Shown: one piece after another, positions 39,350-48,993 of the stretch
How positions within the stretch are numbered: position 1 is the stretch's first letter
Layout of the letters: each line of letters opens with the position of its first letter
Position numbers and translations under genes: made by a program
Assembly (NCBI GenBank): GCA_965246945.1
Contig: CBDFFW010000001.1
Span: forward strand, 1,455,500 to 1,519,499
Direction of reading: 5' to 3'
DNA length: 64,000 bases
Source: Alphaproteobacteria bacterium
GTDB taxonomy: Bacteria; Pseudomonadota; Alphaproteobacteria; UBA11073
Notes under the pieces: model-generated
What the model saw: the letters and a program-made list of their open reading frames with translations, nothing else
Databases searched by the model: none
Told to the model about the DNA's origin: nothing

Positions 39350-40444
39350 ATGCATCGCTTTGCATATTTTCTGACTATTTTGACCATACTTGCTGCCTGC
39401 ACTGATTCAATAACGCAATATAATCAAGCCGATCCGCTGGCGATAGCGACTGAGCAATGGCGGCAGGATGCGGCGTTGAATGAAGGCAGTTTGGGCAAAA
39501 CCTTTAAAGGTGCAAATTTTACGGATCCCAAAAATACAGCAGCCGAACGGGCGATTTATGTGGCTGGCCGCATTCTTACTGCGGCAGCACCTTTATGCGG
39601 TGAAAATATCCGAAAAGATTATTTATTTGGGTTGCGCGCCATTCCGCAGCAGCAACCAAAAATCAGTGTACCGCTAGCCATCAAAGCGTTGGGCGAACAA
39701 AACGATATATTATTTGATGACCGACTGGTAAGCATTGATCGCATACCATTGACGACCGGTCCATTGGCATTGAAACAAACGGAAGCAGTATTAAATTCAG
39801 CCTTACGTGAAAACCGGCCGATTACTTTGAATTTGGAACGCGGGCACAGCAATGAACCTTTGGCTGTGCGAATTATTCCGGCTACACGCTGTGCTTATGG
39901 CGTGCGCGTGGTGCCAAGCAAAGTGGTAAATGCCTTTGCCGATGGCGATCGCATTACCTTTAATTCGGCGCTCATCAACATTTTGGAAAACGATCATGAA
40001 TTGGCAGCGGTGGCCGGCCACGAACTCGCCCATAATATTTTGCAGCACCCGCAACACAGCACAGCCAACCGTTCGTTAGGTGCTTTGGGCGGTTTAATGC
40101 TGGATGTGTTATTGCAAAGCCAAGGCATTCCCACCGATAATAGTTTCAGCAAAGTCAGCGGGGAAGTAACCGCGCAAACCTTTACACCTGATCAAGAACG
40201 CGAGGCCGATTATGTTGGTTTATATTTAATGTATTACGGCGGATTTGATCCCAATGCGGCCATTAGCACCCTGGAAAAACTGGCCGTAACATTTCCGGAA
40301 GCCATTCATTTAAACACCGATCATCCCAATATGGGCGAACGTGTTGCTAATTTAAGAATTGATATCACCGAAATTTACCGCAAAGCTGCCAACGGTCAGC
40401 CTATTTTCCCCGACCCTTACGGCACGCGCAAAGCGGCAAATTAA
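39350..40444 (+). CDS. M48 zinc metalloprotease lipoprotein with PDZ-like insert
   Basis: Lipobox LAAC, VNAFADG, GHELAH, EREADYVG, HP...R. Confidence 0.85.
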   Translation: MHRFAYFLTILTILAACTDSITQYNQADPLAIATEQWRQDAALNEGSLGKTFKGANFTDPKNTAAERAIYVAGRILTAAAPLCGENIRKDYLFGLRAIPQQQPKISVPLAIKALGEQNDILFDDRLVSIDRIPLTTGPLALKQTEAVLNSALRENRPITLNLERGHSNEPLAVRIIPATRCAYGVRVVPSKVVNAFADGDRITFNSALINILENDHELAAVAGHELAHNILQHPQHSTANRSLGALGGLMLDVLLQSQGIPTDNSFSKVSGEVTAQTFTPDQEREADYVGLYLMYYGGFDPNAAISTLEKLAVTFPEAIHLNTDHPNMGERVANLRIDITEIYRKAANGQPIFPDPYGTRKAAN

Positions 40445-40600
40445 CAAAAGTTTATCAAATCCGTGGCTTATCAGTCACAGCTAGGCGGTTTTAGCCATAT
40501 TTTATAAACAAGTTACGCAAACACCCTTGTGTTATGCCGATAATAAATTATTGTTTTAGCTTAGTGGTAATCCACAATTTCTAACTCAAAGGGCTTTACA

Positions 40601-40870
40601 ATGACCAAATTCGCTCGTCTTGTTGCACTTGCTGCTGTTGTTGCTGTAGCTGGTCCAACTCTTTCTGCTTGCTCAACTCAAAGTGATGCTGCGCAAGCTA
40701 AACAAGCATCTGCTGAAGCTGCTGCTGCTGCACAACGTGCTGCTGACGCTGCTGCTGATGCTGCCAAAGCGGCCAACCGTGCTGCTGGCCGTGCCACACA
40801 CAAAACCACCCCAGTTGCTAAACCTGCAGCACCTGTCGCAACTACTACGACCACTACAACTGTTAAATAG
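40601..40870 (+). CDS. Small Ala-rich lipoprotein
   Basis: Lipobox LSAC, alanine-zipper-like helix, strongly biased GCT codons, own terminator. Confidence 0.8.
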   Translation: MTKFARLVALAAVVAVAGPTLSACSTQSDAAQAKQASAEAAAAAQRAADAAADAAKAANRAAGRATHKTTPVAKPAAPVATTTTTTTVK

Positions 40871-40885
40871 TTTTAGTTTAATTTG

Positions 40886-40914
40886 AAAAGGCGGGGCTTG
40901 TCCCCGCTTTTTTT
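40886..40914 (+). terminator. Rho-independent terminator
   Basis: GCGGGG-cttgt-CCCCGC followed by T7. Confidence 0.85.
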
Positions 40915-41493
40915 ATGCCTGTATATAGCCATATGAAGCAATCATGGCAGCGGCATTTGGTAATGGCCATAACGATCAGCCGTTTGATCTTATTACCTTT
41001 TATTGCTTATTTCCTGGCAACGACCGATGCCAATACCCCCGCCTGGCCCGCTTTGTTTTTGTATCTGGTTGCTGTTGCTAGTGACTGGCTGGATGGTGTG
41101 CTGGCCCGCCATTGGCAGGTCACCACCAGCTTTGGCGGCATGCTGGATGAAACCGCTGATAAAATATTTACCACTTTGATTTTACTGATTTATGCGGATC
41201 AAAACCGGCTTGGCACATTAGGTATCATTGCCGCTGCTCTGCTAATTGGGCGGGATTTGCTGATGGGCGGGCTGCGTTATCACTGGGCCCAAACGCCCAC
41301 GGCGCCAATAAAAGTGGGTTATTTAGGAAAAGTTAAAACTTTCTGCCTTATGTTAGTATTGGGAGCATATCTGATGAACTGGCCAAGCTTTTATCTGGAT
41401 TTGGGTTTGTGTATCACTGCCCTATTATCCCTCTATAGCATGCAAAGCTATACCCGCGCGGCAACCATTGCCATTTCTGCCACAAAAATTTAA
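40915..41493 (+). CDS. pgsA: CDP-alcohol phosphatidyltransferase (PgsA-like)
   Basis: DWLDGVLAR...G-x-x-LD-x-x-ADK, GKVKT. Confidence 0.8.
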   Translation: MPVYSHMKQSWQRHLVMAITISRLILLPFIAYFLATTDANTPAWPALFLYLVAVASDWLDGVLARHWQVTTSFGGMLDETADKIFTTLILLIYADQNRLGTLGIIAAALLIGRDLLMGGLRYHWAQTPTAPIKVGYLGKVKTFCLMLVLGAYLMNWPSFYLDLGLCITALLSLYSMQSYTRAATIAISATKI

Positions 41494-41543
41494 AACATAA
41501 TTTAAACAAATTTTTGCTAAAATGTTGTAGATTGAGTGCTCTT

Positions 41544-44500
41544 ATGAATACACCGAACCCCCGCCAAATTGCTAACCGGTTAAACCGGCTACGTGCCAAT
41601 ATTGCTGCAAACCAGATGGCGGTCGCTGTGCCACCGGTTAAGGCCGGTTTTTGGGCCAAATTTATGTTTTATGCGCGTGGCGGGTATGATACGCCGGATG
41701 GGCCGGTGCTGCCAACCAAGGCAGCGCAAACAACCAATATCAATTCTGCCACCGTTTCCGCCCCTTACACCATGGCCGATATGCCGATTAAACCCGCAGG
41801 CCTGGCGATGTCGCCCAAATCGGTGGCGAGCTTTTTGTTAATGCCGCAAATCGGGCAATCGTTCAAATCACTGAGTTTTGCTTGGGTTATGCTGATCCAG
41901 ATTATTGCCGGTATTTTGGTCAGTAACCGTTTATTGCCCAGCGATCATCCGGCGGCCACTTATCGCGGTGCGCAGCAAACACGCATGCGAGATCTATTCA
42001 CCATCGCCCGCCAGAATTTCCATTTCAATCTTAAAGATTCCCCCCGCGCTGTGGTATGGGTATCGCTGGTCGCATTCATTTTTGTAGTGGGTGGTTTGTT
42101 AACCACCGCAGCGGCAAAATTATTCTTTTCAACGGCGCATGCCCAAACTGTTCCAGCAAGCCCGACCAGTGGTGTGATGACATCGAGCCAATTCACAGGT
42201 GATGTGGCGAGTAAACTAATTGATAGTTTCTTTGGCTTTGGCGCTTACGCCAATGGCGGTGTGCCAGCTATTAATACGCTAATTAGTACCTTCAACTATA
42301 TGATCCTGATTTTCGGTGGAATTATTTTAATCATGACTGTGATTAGCGTAGTTGCTGAAACCGCGCGGACCGGCGTGCCATTCGGTAAAAACTTTAATCC
42401 GGTCTGGGCACCTATTCGTTTGATTATCGCCATTGCTTTTATGGTGCCATTGGCCAACGGTTTAAGTTCCGGCCAGAATATTCTACTGAATTTAGTTAAA
42501 TGGAGTTCGGATTACGCCGCTAATAAAGTTTGGAAAGAATTTAGTAAGACTGTTTATAGTGGTGAAAATTCAATATCGGGCGTTTTGCGTGATACTTCAG
42601 ACGAAGACAGTATTGTTTATGGCAGCTTTATGCGCCAAAGTATGCTTGCTTATAACAACTTATTATTCTGTAAAAATACTGCTACTGCTACTGTTGATGG
42701 CGATTGCGATGCAAACAGTACTGCTTCACATACAGTAGGCAATAGCCAAAACGTTTCAACGCAGGCAGGAGAATTATATTTACAACCAAAATTATATGTT
42801 ATGCCACCTATCGGCGAAGATTACAAAACTATAACTGACACAGGCGCACAATCAAGTTCTTTCCGTGCCCGTACTGTTCGCTTAGTTAATCCAGCGACCC
42901 ATACGAAAGGTGGGGCCATTGATGCACAATCACTTGCTGATGGCGCAAAATTAGCTGGTTATATTGAAGTGCATGCCTATGATGTTGCTACTTATGGTGC
43001 TCTTTATCCACCAAGTATGCAAATGCATCCTACAACCACTATTATACCTGCCCTTAGTTCTATTAACGTTAGTTCAACAGATCCAGTCCCTAATGCGTTG
43101 CAAGCAAATTATAACGCTTATATGGAACAGGAGCGTGCACTTAATAGTCAGCAATTAGGTAAAAGACTAGCGCAACTTGCTATAAGAAATGTTATTCCAG
43201 AATTGAACGAAGAAAATGATGATGCAGAATTAAATAGTATTGCATATTCGTTTGCCGATATTAGCAATGCTTTTGAAGCCAAACGCGATTTAGATGTGAA
43301 AAATGCATTAACTAAATTTAAAACTGATACAAATAATCAAGTTCAAGCTGGACAAAAATTGGATAAAGAATTGAATGCGTATGGCTGGGTAGGTGCTCCA
43401 AACTTTATTGGTGAATTAGGTCAATTAAATGCTGATTTTCAAGATGCAATACGCGCAGTGCCAAGGCCAGTTGTCACTAGTAAAGATGTTACAGGTAGTT
43501 TGGCTTCTTACATAAAACCTTGGGCTAAAGAAATTGATGGTACGGTTCCTTTACTGCAAAAATTGGGACCAGATTGGTGGGATAAAGATCTTGCTTCTGC
43601 TTCCACCAATCAAACATTTACGAATAGTGGAAAAACGCAAGATAAATTGCATTTGATATTGGCCAGCGCCGTTTTTGATGTTACTAATGCCAACTGCGAT
43701 TATGGCACATTAAGCGGTTGTGAGATGCACGATAATCCTTTAGTCCATATGGCATCCGTCGGAAAGTTTCTTACCCAAGCAATGGTAGATGCTTTCTTTA
43801 AACCAAGTTTGGATAAAGCAGGTTTAAGCGATCAAAAAGCAGCGGCAGCTGCTACTGAGATGCGCGAAAACACCAAATTAGAATGTCAAAACGCGATCCA
43901 AAAGCCTGTTTATTGTAAGGGAATTTACGATGATTTAGATGATTTTAAAAACAGGCAAGCTGGAGCACAAGCTGCAGGAATGAGTTTAGTTCCGTTTGGG
44001 ATACCATTTTTGACCTTCGGATTTATGCTGGGTTTCTTTTTGCCGCTGTTGCCGATGTTCCGTTACCTGCTTGGTTTTTTAGGTTGGTTACTGCTATTAT
44101 TTGAAGCGGTATTGGCCATTCCATTGTTAGGGATTGGCCATTTGAAAACCGATGGCGAAGGTTTAATGGGGCCAATGAACCAGGGTGGTTATTTAATGAT
44201 CCTTGGCTTGTTAATTAAACCGGTATTGATGGTGCTGGGCCTAATTAGTGGCTTGATTATTTTCAACGGCATTATTCAGGTAACCGCCTATACTTTATAC
44301 CCGCTGATATTTAAGGAGCAGAATATCACTTTCTTCGCTTTGGATATGCTGTTATTCGCCAGCTTTATCACTGTATTGGGTAATTCTGCCTTTAAAACCA
44401 TCGATATCATTCCCAACAGCGTGATCAGCTGGATTGGCGGGCGGATGGATACCAAAACGGATGATGCTGCTGGGGTTCAAAGCCAAGCTTTGGGCACCGT

Positions 44501-44831
44501 GCAAAGCCTGGGTCAATCTGTCAGCTTTACCCAAGGCCGTGCTCCCGATGGCAACGGTGGCGGCGGTAATGGAAATCTCACCAATCAAGGTAGTTCAAAT
44601 GCTGGGCCAGCCCCGGCCTCGGGCGGCAACCTTCTAGGCACCACCGGTGGCACTAACAGCTCTAGCCATTTGCAAACCACTAATGGTGGGGGTCAGGCGA
44701 GTGTGCCAACCGTGAATAAATCCACGCCTTCCATTTCGGCTTATAACCCAGGCAACTTGAAACCGCCTACTGGTCAGGGACGGTTAGCAGGCGGCATTAA
44801 TGGCTCTGGTGGCAGTGGCGGCAATGGCTAA
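41544..44831 (+). CDS. dotA: DotA/TraY-family type IVB secretion membrane protein
   Basis: AETARTG..G...WAPIR...VP..NGLS..Q in the N-terminal part. LPLLP...GWL...EAVLAIPL...HL..DGEG..G..GY..L...PVLMVLGL...IP..VISWIGG in the C-terminal part. Confidence 0.85.
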   Translation: MNTPNPRQIANRLNRLRANIAANQMAVAVPPVKAGFWAKFMFYARGGYDTPDGPVLPTKAAQTTNINSATVSAPYTMADMPIKPAGLAMSPKSVASFLLMPQIGQSFKSLSFAWVMLIQIIAGILVSNRLLPSDHPAATYRGAQQTRMRDLFTIARQNFHFNLKDSPRAVVWVSLVAFIFVVGGLLTTAAAKLFFSTAHAQTVPASPTSGVMTSSQFTGDVASKLIDSFFGFGAYANGGVPAINTLISTFNYMILIFGGIILIMTVISVVAETARTGVPFGKNFNPVWAPIRLIIAIAFMVPLANGLSSGQNILLNLVKWSSDYAANKVWKEFSKTVYSGENSISGVLRDTSDEDSIVYGSFMRQSMLAYNNLLFCKNTATATVDGDCDANSTASHTVGNSQNVSTQAGELYLQPKLYVMPPIGEDYKTITDTGAQSSSFRARTVRLVNPATHTKGGAIDAQSLADGAKLAGYIEVHAYDVATYGALYPPSMQMHPTTTIIPALSSINVSSTDPVPNALQANYNAYMEQERALNSQQLGKRLAQLAIRNVIPELNEENDDAELNSIAYSFADISNAFEAKRDLDVKNALTKFKTDTNNQVQAGQKLDKELNAYGWVGAPNFIGELGQLNADFQDAIRAVPRPVVTSKDVTGSLASYIKPWAKEIDGTVPLLQKLGPDWWDKDLASASTNQTFTNSGKTQDKLHLILASAVFDVTNANCDYGTLSGCEMHDNPLVHMASVGKFLTQAMVDAFFKPSLDKAGLSDQKAAAAATEMRENTKLECQNAIQKPVYCKGIYDDLDDFKNRQAGAQAAGMSLVPFGIPFLTFGFMLGFFLPLLPMFRYLLGFLGWLLLLFEAVLAIPLLGIGHLKTDGEGLMGPMNQGGYLMILGLLIKPVLMVLGLISGLIIFNGIIQVTAYTLYPLIFKEQNITFFALDMLLFASFITVLGNSAFKTIDIIPNSVISWIGGRMDTKTDDAAGVQSQALGTVQSLGQSVSFTQGRAPDGNGGGGNGNLTNQGSSNAGPAPASGGNLLGTTGGTNSSSHLQTTNGGGQASVPTVNKSTPSISAYNPGNLKPPTGQGRLAGGINGSGGSGGNG

Positions 44832-45268
44832 CCGCGTTGATATTTAGCGAGTTCGACCTGTGCCCGCAGGTCGATATCGTCCAGTATTTCACTTAAAGCA
44901 GGATCTGTGATCCGCGCACGCTGTGCCTGCACTTGTTTGGCCAAGCGCTCTAATTGATCTAAGGGAATTTTGCCGTCAATCAGCGCCAACCTTAAATTAT
45001 CCATTTGCGCTAATATTTGTTCGCCCCGCTGGCGGCCGCGGCTGTTGCTGTCCAACGCATCGCCGGTTTCTTGCGCGGCCAGCAAACTGCTGATCGCATG
45101 CACACTTTGCGCCGGTGCGGCCGCTTCCACATCATCCACGCCATTGGCTGCGAGTAACGACCGAAAGCTGCCAGCTTCCCCTGTTTTCTTCGGGCCACCG
45201 CTGACGCGGCCAACATTACCCGCACTGCTTGACCCACCAACTTTGCCTACACTCATACCAGTCACCAT
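44828..45268 (-). CDS. fliX: Flagellar assembly regulator FliX
   Basis: LLAAQE, RG-x-x-IL-x-x-MD-x-LRLAL, DP-x-L-x-x-ILDDIDLRAQVELAK. Confidence 0.88.
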   Translation of the reverse strand: MVTGMSVGKVGGSSSAGNVGRVSGGPKKTGEAGSFRSLLAANGVDDVEAAAPAQSVHAISSLLAAQETGDALDSNSRGRQRGEQILAQMDNLRLALIDGKIPLDQLERLAKQVQAQRARITDPALSEILDDIDLRAQVELAKYQRG

Positions 45269-45333
45269 AAACCACTACGCTTGGCCTGCCAATATATCTT
45301 GGCAGTTACCGCATGCTTGATTAAACCAGAAGC

Positions 45334-46905
45334 ATGATTGGTATCCCCCGCTGGAAATGGCTAACCGTATTATTGGTCAGCTTAATTGGTTTAGCCTATG
45401 CCGCCCCGAATTTGTTAAGCAAAGAACAATTGGTTGCCTGGCATGAAAAAATGCCCAGTTGGCTGCCCGGGCAAACCGTTAATCTTGGCCTGGATCTGCA
45501 AGGGGGTGCGCAATTGCTGCTACAGGTGGATTTGGACACCGCCCAAAAAGATTACTGGGCGAATATGGTTGATAGCCTGCGCCGCCAATTCCGCAGCGAT
45601 AAGATCGGCTATCAAGAATTAAAAGCGGGCCCTGATGGCATTATGCTCAGCCTGCGGGATCCTGCCCAATTAGCCGATGCGCGCAAAATCATCCGCACCC
45701 AAGATGCTGATCTGCAAGTGAAAGAACAAGATGGCAAAGTGACGATTAATTTAAGTGAGCAAGGTTTGAAACAGCGCCATTTGCGGATTATGGAGCAATC
45801 AATTGAAATTGTTCGTCGCCGAATTGATGAAAGCGGCACCAAGGAACCGGTGATCGCGCGCCAAGGGGATAACCGCGTTATTGTGCAATTGCCTGGCGTG
45901 GAAGATCCCACCCAAATCAAGCAATTGCTGGGCACCACCGCCAAGCTAAGTTTCCATATGGTCGATGTGCAGGCGGATCCGCATGAATTGGTTGTGCCGT
46001 CTGGCCGGCTACGTCTGCCGCTGCAGGAAGACCCCAAAGTGAATGTGGTGATCTACGCACTAGCGGATGTTTCGGGCGACGATCTCACCGATGCCCGTGC
46101 CAGTTTTGATCAAAACAGTAATGGTGCGGTGGTGGGTTTTACGTTTAATGCCCGCGGTGCGCGCCGCTTTGCCGAAATTACCAAAGCCAATGTTGGCAAG
46201 CCATTTGCGATTGTTTTAGATAATGTGATTATTTCCGCCCCTAATATCCGCGAGCCGATTACCGGCGGGCGCGGCCAGATTAGCGGTAACTTTAATGTGC
46301 AAGATGCGCAAAATCTGGCGCTGCTGCTCCGTGCTGGTGCCCTGCCCGCGCCATTGAAAGTGGTTGAGGAGCGCACGGTGGGTCCAACCTTGGGCGCTGA
46401 TTCTATTGTGCAAGGCCGCACTGCATCACTTATCGGGATGGCGGCAGTTAGCTTATTGGTGCTATTTACCTACAGCACTTTTGGTATCATTGCCGTGATC
46501 AGTTTACTGGTGAATATGGTGCTGATTTTCGCGTGCATGTCTTTATTGCAAGCTACATTAACGCTGCCCGGAATTGCCGGTATTGTGCTGACCATCGGCA
46601 TGGCAGTCGATGCCAATGTGTTAATTTACGAGCGTATCCGCGAAGAATTCCGCGCCCGCAACAATATGTTGGCCGCGATTGATAACGGCTTTAACCGCGC
46701 GCTCGCCACCGTGATTGATACCAACTTAACCGCGCTTATTTCGGCCATCGCTCTATTTACTTTTGGCACCGGTCCAATCCGCGGTTTCGCAGTCACTTTA
46801 ATTGTTGGCGTAACCACTTCCCTATTCTGCGCCGTGTTACTGACCCGCGTGGTGATTGCATTGTGGTATCATTTCACCCGTGCCAAAGCGCTGCCATTTG
46901 CTTGA
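45334..46905 (+). CDS. secD: Protein translocase subunit SecD
   Basis: LGLDLQGG, LRAGALP, GMAVDANVLIYERIREE. Confidence 0.97.
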   Translation: MIGIPRWKWLTVLLVSLIGLAYAAPNLLSKEQLVAWHEKMPSWLPGQTVNLGLDLQGGAQLLLQVDLDTAQKDYWANMVDSLRRQFRSDKIGYQELKAGPDGIMLSLRDPAQLADARKIIRTQDADLQVKEQDGKVTINLSEQGLKQRHLRIMEQSIEIVRRRIDESGTKEPVIARQGDNRVIVQLPGVEDPTQIKQLLGTTAKLSFHMVDVQADPHELVVPSGRLRLPLQEDPKVNVVIYALADVSGDDLTDARASFDQNSNGAVVGFTFNARGARRFAEITKANVGKPFAIVLDNVIISAPNIREPITGGRGQISGNFNVQDAQNLALLLRAGALPAPLKVVEERTVGPTLGADSIVQGRTASLIGMAAVSLLVLFTYSTFGIIAVISLLVNMVLIFACMSLLQATLTLPGIAGIVLTIGMAVDANVLIYERIREEFRARNNMLAAIDNGFNRALATVIDTNLTALISAIALFTFGTGPIRGFAVTLIVGVTTSLFCAVLLTRVVIALWYHFTRAKALPFA

Positions 46906-46906
46906 T

Positions 46907-47161
46907 ATGCCCGTTCACATTACAGCGCATGCCCGCCAACGCATGACCGAACGCGGTGCCAGCGAAGCGGAAGTAATTACCACAATAACTGATGGTATTC
47001 AACAGCCGGCCAAACAACAACGTAGTTGTTTTATATATGAATTTTATGAGTCTGTTAGCTGGCAGGGTAAAGTTTACAAAGGTAAACGTTTGGAAGTTTT
47101 GGCCATCCAGGAAAATGAAACTTGGTTTATCATTAGCGTTATTGTAAAATATATTCCATGA
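46907..47161 (+). CDS. DUF4258-like putative RNase toxin
   Basis: ITAHARQRM-x-ERG-x-S-x-x-EV...IISV. Confidence 0.7.
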   Translation: MPVHITAHARQRMTERGASEAEVITTITDGIQQPAKQQRSCFIYEFYESVSWQGKVYKGKRLEVLAIQENETWFIISVIVKYIP

Positions 47162-47373
47162 AGCTGACTTTTGACCCAGATTTAAATGTGGCTTATTTGC
47201 AGGTGCGTGAAAATCCCACCGTTGAGGTGCAAACGATACAGGTTTCAAATGAACTCAATGTCGATCTTGATAAAGACGGGCAAGTTTATGGCTTAGAATT
47301 TATGAATGCCCGAATTTTATTTGGTGCGGCTTCACAACTGGTTTTGCCAACCAATATTAATTCGATTAATTAA
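47158..47373 (+). CDS. DUF2283-like putative antitoxin
   Basis: MKLTFDP..NVAYLQ...VDLDKDGQVYGLEF. ATGA overlap with the upstream gene. Confidence 0.8.
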   Translation: MKLTFDPDLNVAYLQVRENPTVEVQTIQVSNELNVDLDKDGQVYGLEFMNARILFGAASQLVLPTNINSIN

Positions 47374-47378
47374 TTTTA

Positions 47379-47822
47379 ATGACCGAGATCCGCGTTTACC
47401 ATCTTTCCATCACGCCTTTGGAAAAAGCGTTGCCTGGTATTTTGCAAAAAATATTGGAGCGCGATATGCGCGCGGTGGTGTTGACTGAAAGTGGTGACCG
47501 CGTTTCTGATCTCAACGCCAAATTATGGACCTATGCGCAGCAAAGCTTCCTGCCCCATGGCGCAGCTGCCGATGGTTTTGCCGCCGACCAACCCATCTGG
47601 CTGACCGAAAAAGATGGCGATAATCCTAACGGTGCCAAAGTGCTGGTCCTGGTCGATGAAATTCATAGTCAGCATATCAGCAACTATGAATTGGCTTGTA
47701 TATTTCTTACCCCGACCCAATCCGATAGTCCCAGCTGGCACAAACAGGAAAAAGCTTGGGAAGCGGAGCACCAATTAATGCATTTTAAGCAAGATCCCAC
47801 CGGCAAATGGCAAAAAGGTTGA
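47379..47822 (+). CDS. holC: DNA polymerase III chi subunit
   Basis: YHL, LWTY..SFLPHG, QPIWLT, NPNGA. Confidence 0.9.
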   Translation: MTEIRVYHLSITPLEKALPGILQKILERDMRAVVLTESGDRVSDLNAKLWTYAQQSFLPHGAAADGFAADQPIWLTEKDGDNPNGAKVLVLVDEIHSQHISNYELACIFLTPTQSDSPSWHKQEKAWEAEHQLMHFKQDPTGKWQKG

Positions 47823-47855
47823 TACCTGTTCAAGCCTTTGTTTATAAGCAAAGAC

Positions 47856-48278
47856 ATGACCACTGAACGTACCCTATCCATCGTTAAGCCCGATGCCACC
47901 CGCCGCAATCTGACCGGCGCGATTAATAAAGTGATTGAGGATGCCGGTTTGCGCATCATCGCACAAAAGCGCATTCGCATGACGCGTGCACAGGCGGAAG
48001 AATTTTACGGCGTGCATAAAGAACGCCCGTTTTTTGGCGAACTGGTTGCGTTTATGACCACCGGCCCCGTGGTGGTGCAAGTGCTGGAAGGCGAAAATGC
48101 AATTGCGAAATACCGCGATGTGATGGGCGCGACCAATCCGGCCAATGCCGCCGATGGCACCATCCGCAAACTTTATGCCGAAAACATCGAAGCCAATTCT
48201 GTGCATGGTTCCGACAGTGCGGATAATGCCTCGATTGAGATTCCTTTTTTCTTTAAACCAGAAGAGATTGTTGGTTAG
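47856..48278 (+). CDS. ndk: Nucleoside diphosphate kinase
   Basis: [19 protein letters not shown]. Confidence 0.98.
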   Translation: MTTERTLSIVKPDATRRNLTGAINKVIEDAGLRIIAQKRIRMTRAQAEEFYGVHKERPFFGELVAFMTTGPVVVQVLEGENAIAKYRDVMGATNPANAADGTIRKLYAENIEANSVHGSDSADNASIEIPFFFKPEEIVG

Positions 48279-48301
48279 TTAAATTACGCTAACACGCATT
48301 T

Positions 48302-48324
48302 AAAGGCGCTTTAAGTGCCTTTTT
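48302..48324 (+). terminator. Rho-independent terminator
   Basis: AAAGGCGC-tttaa-GTGCCTTTTT. Confidence 0.7.
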
Positions 48325-48390
48325 GCTTATCAGAGTTATAAGCCAAGAACGCTATAGGGTTTTTAAGGGATAAATGCCATCATGCTCGGC

Positions 48391-48943
48391 ATGAGCAAAG
48401 CGTTTACCAAAGAAAAAGAAAGCGAGCCAGAAGACGAGCCGGATGAGGTTGATAAACTATCAGCCGATCAAAAAAATTATATGACCCCCAATGGACTGGC
48501 TGTGCTAACCGCCGAATTCCGCACACTGTTTCATGAAGAGCGACCCAAAATTGTCGAAATTGTTTCCTGGGCCGCCGGCAATGGCGACCGGTCGGAAAAT
48601 GGTGATTATATTTATGGCAAAAAGCGTTTGCGTGAAATCGACCGGCGCGTGCGTTATTTGCTGAAGCGAATTGAAAATGCGGAAGTGGTAGATCCCACTT
48701 TGCAAAAAAAACCGCGCACAGGTTTTCTTTGGCGCTACGGTGGTATATGCGCGGGATGATGGCACGATGCAAAAGGTGACCATTGTCGGTGTGGATGAAG
48801 CCGATTTTGAGCATAGTAAAATCAGCTGGTTATCACCGGTCGCGCGTGCATTGATGAAAGCGCGGGTTGGCGATGTGGTGGAGTTGCGATTGCCAACCGG
48901 CACCGATAGTTTGGAAATAATTTCAATTTCTTATGCGCCTTAA
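48391..48943 (+). pseudogene. greB: Transcription elongation factor GreB, frameshifted at an A8 run
   Basis: WAAGNGDRSENGDYIYGKKRLREIDRR in one frame. VFFGATV...IVGVDE...ISWLSPVARAL in the +1 frame. One surplus A in 48704-48711. Confidence 0.85.
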
Positions 48944-48993
48944 ATAAACACCTGATATGCTTGCCGTAAAATCGCGCTATCTTGCAGTTAATA

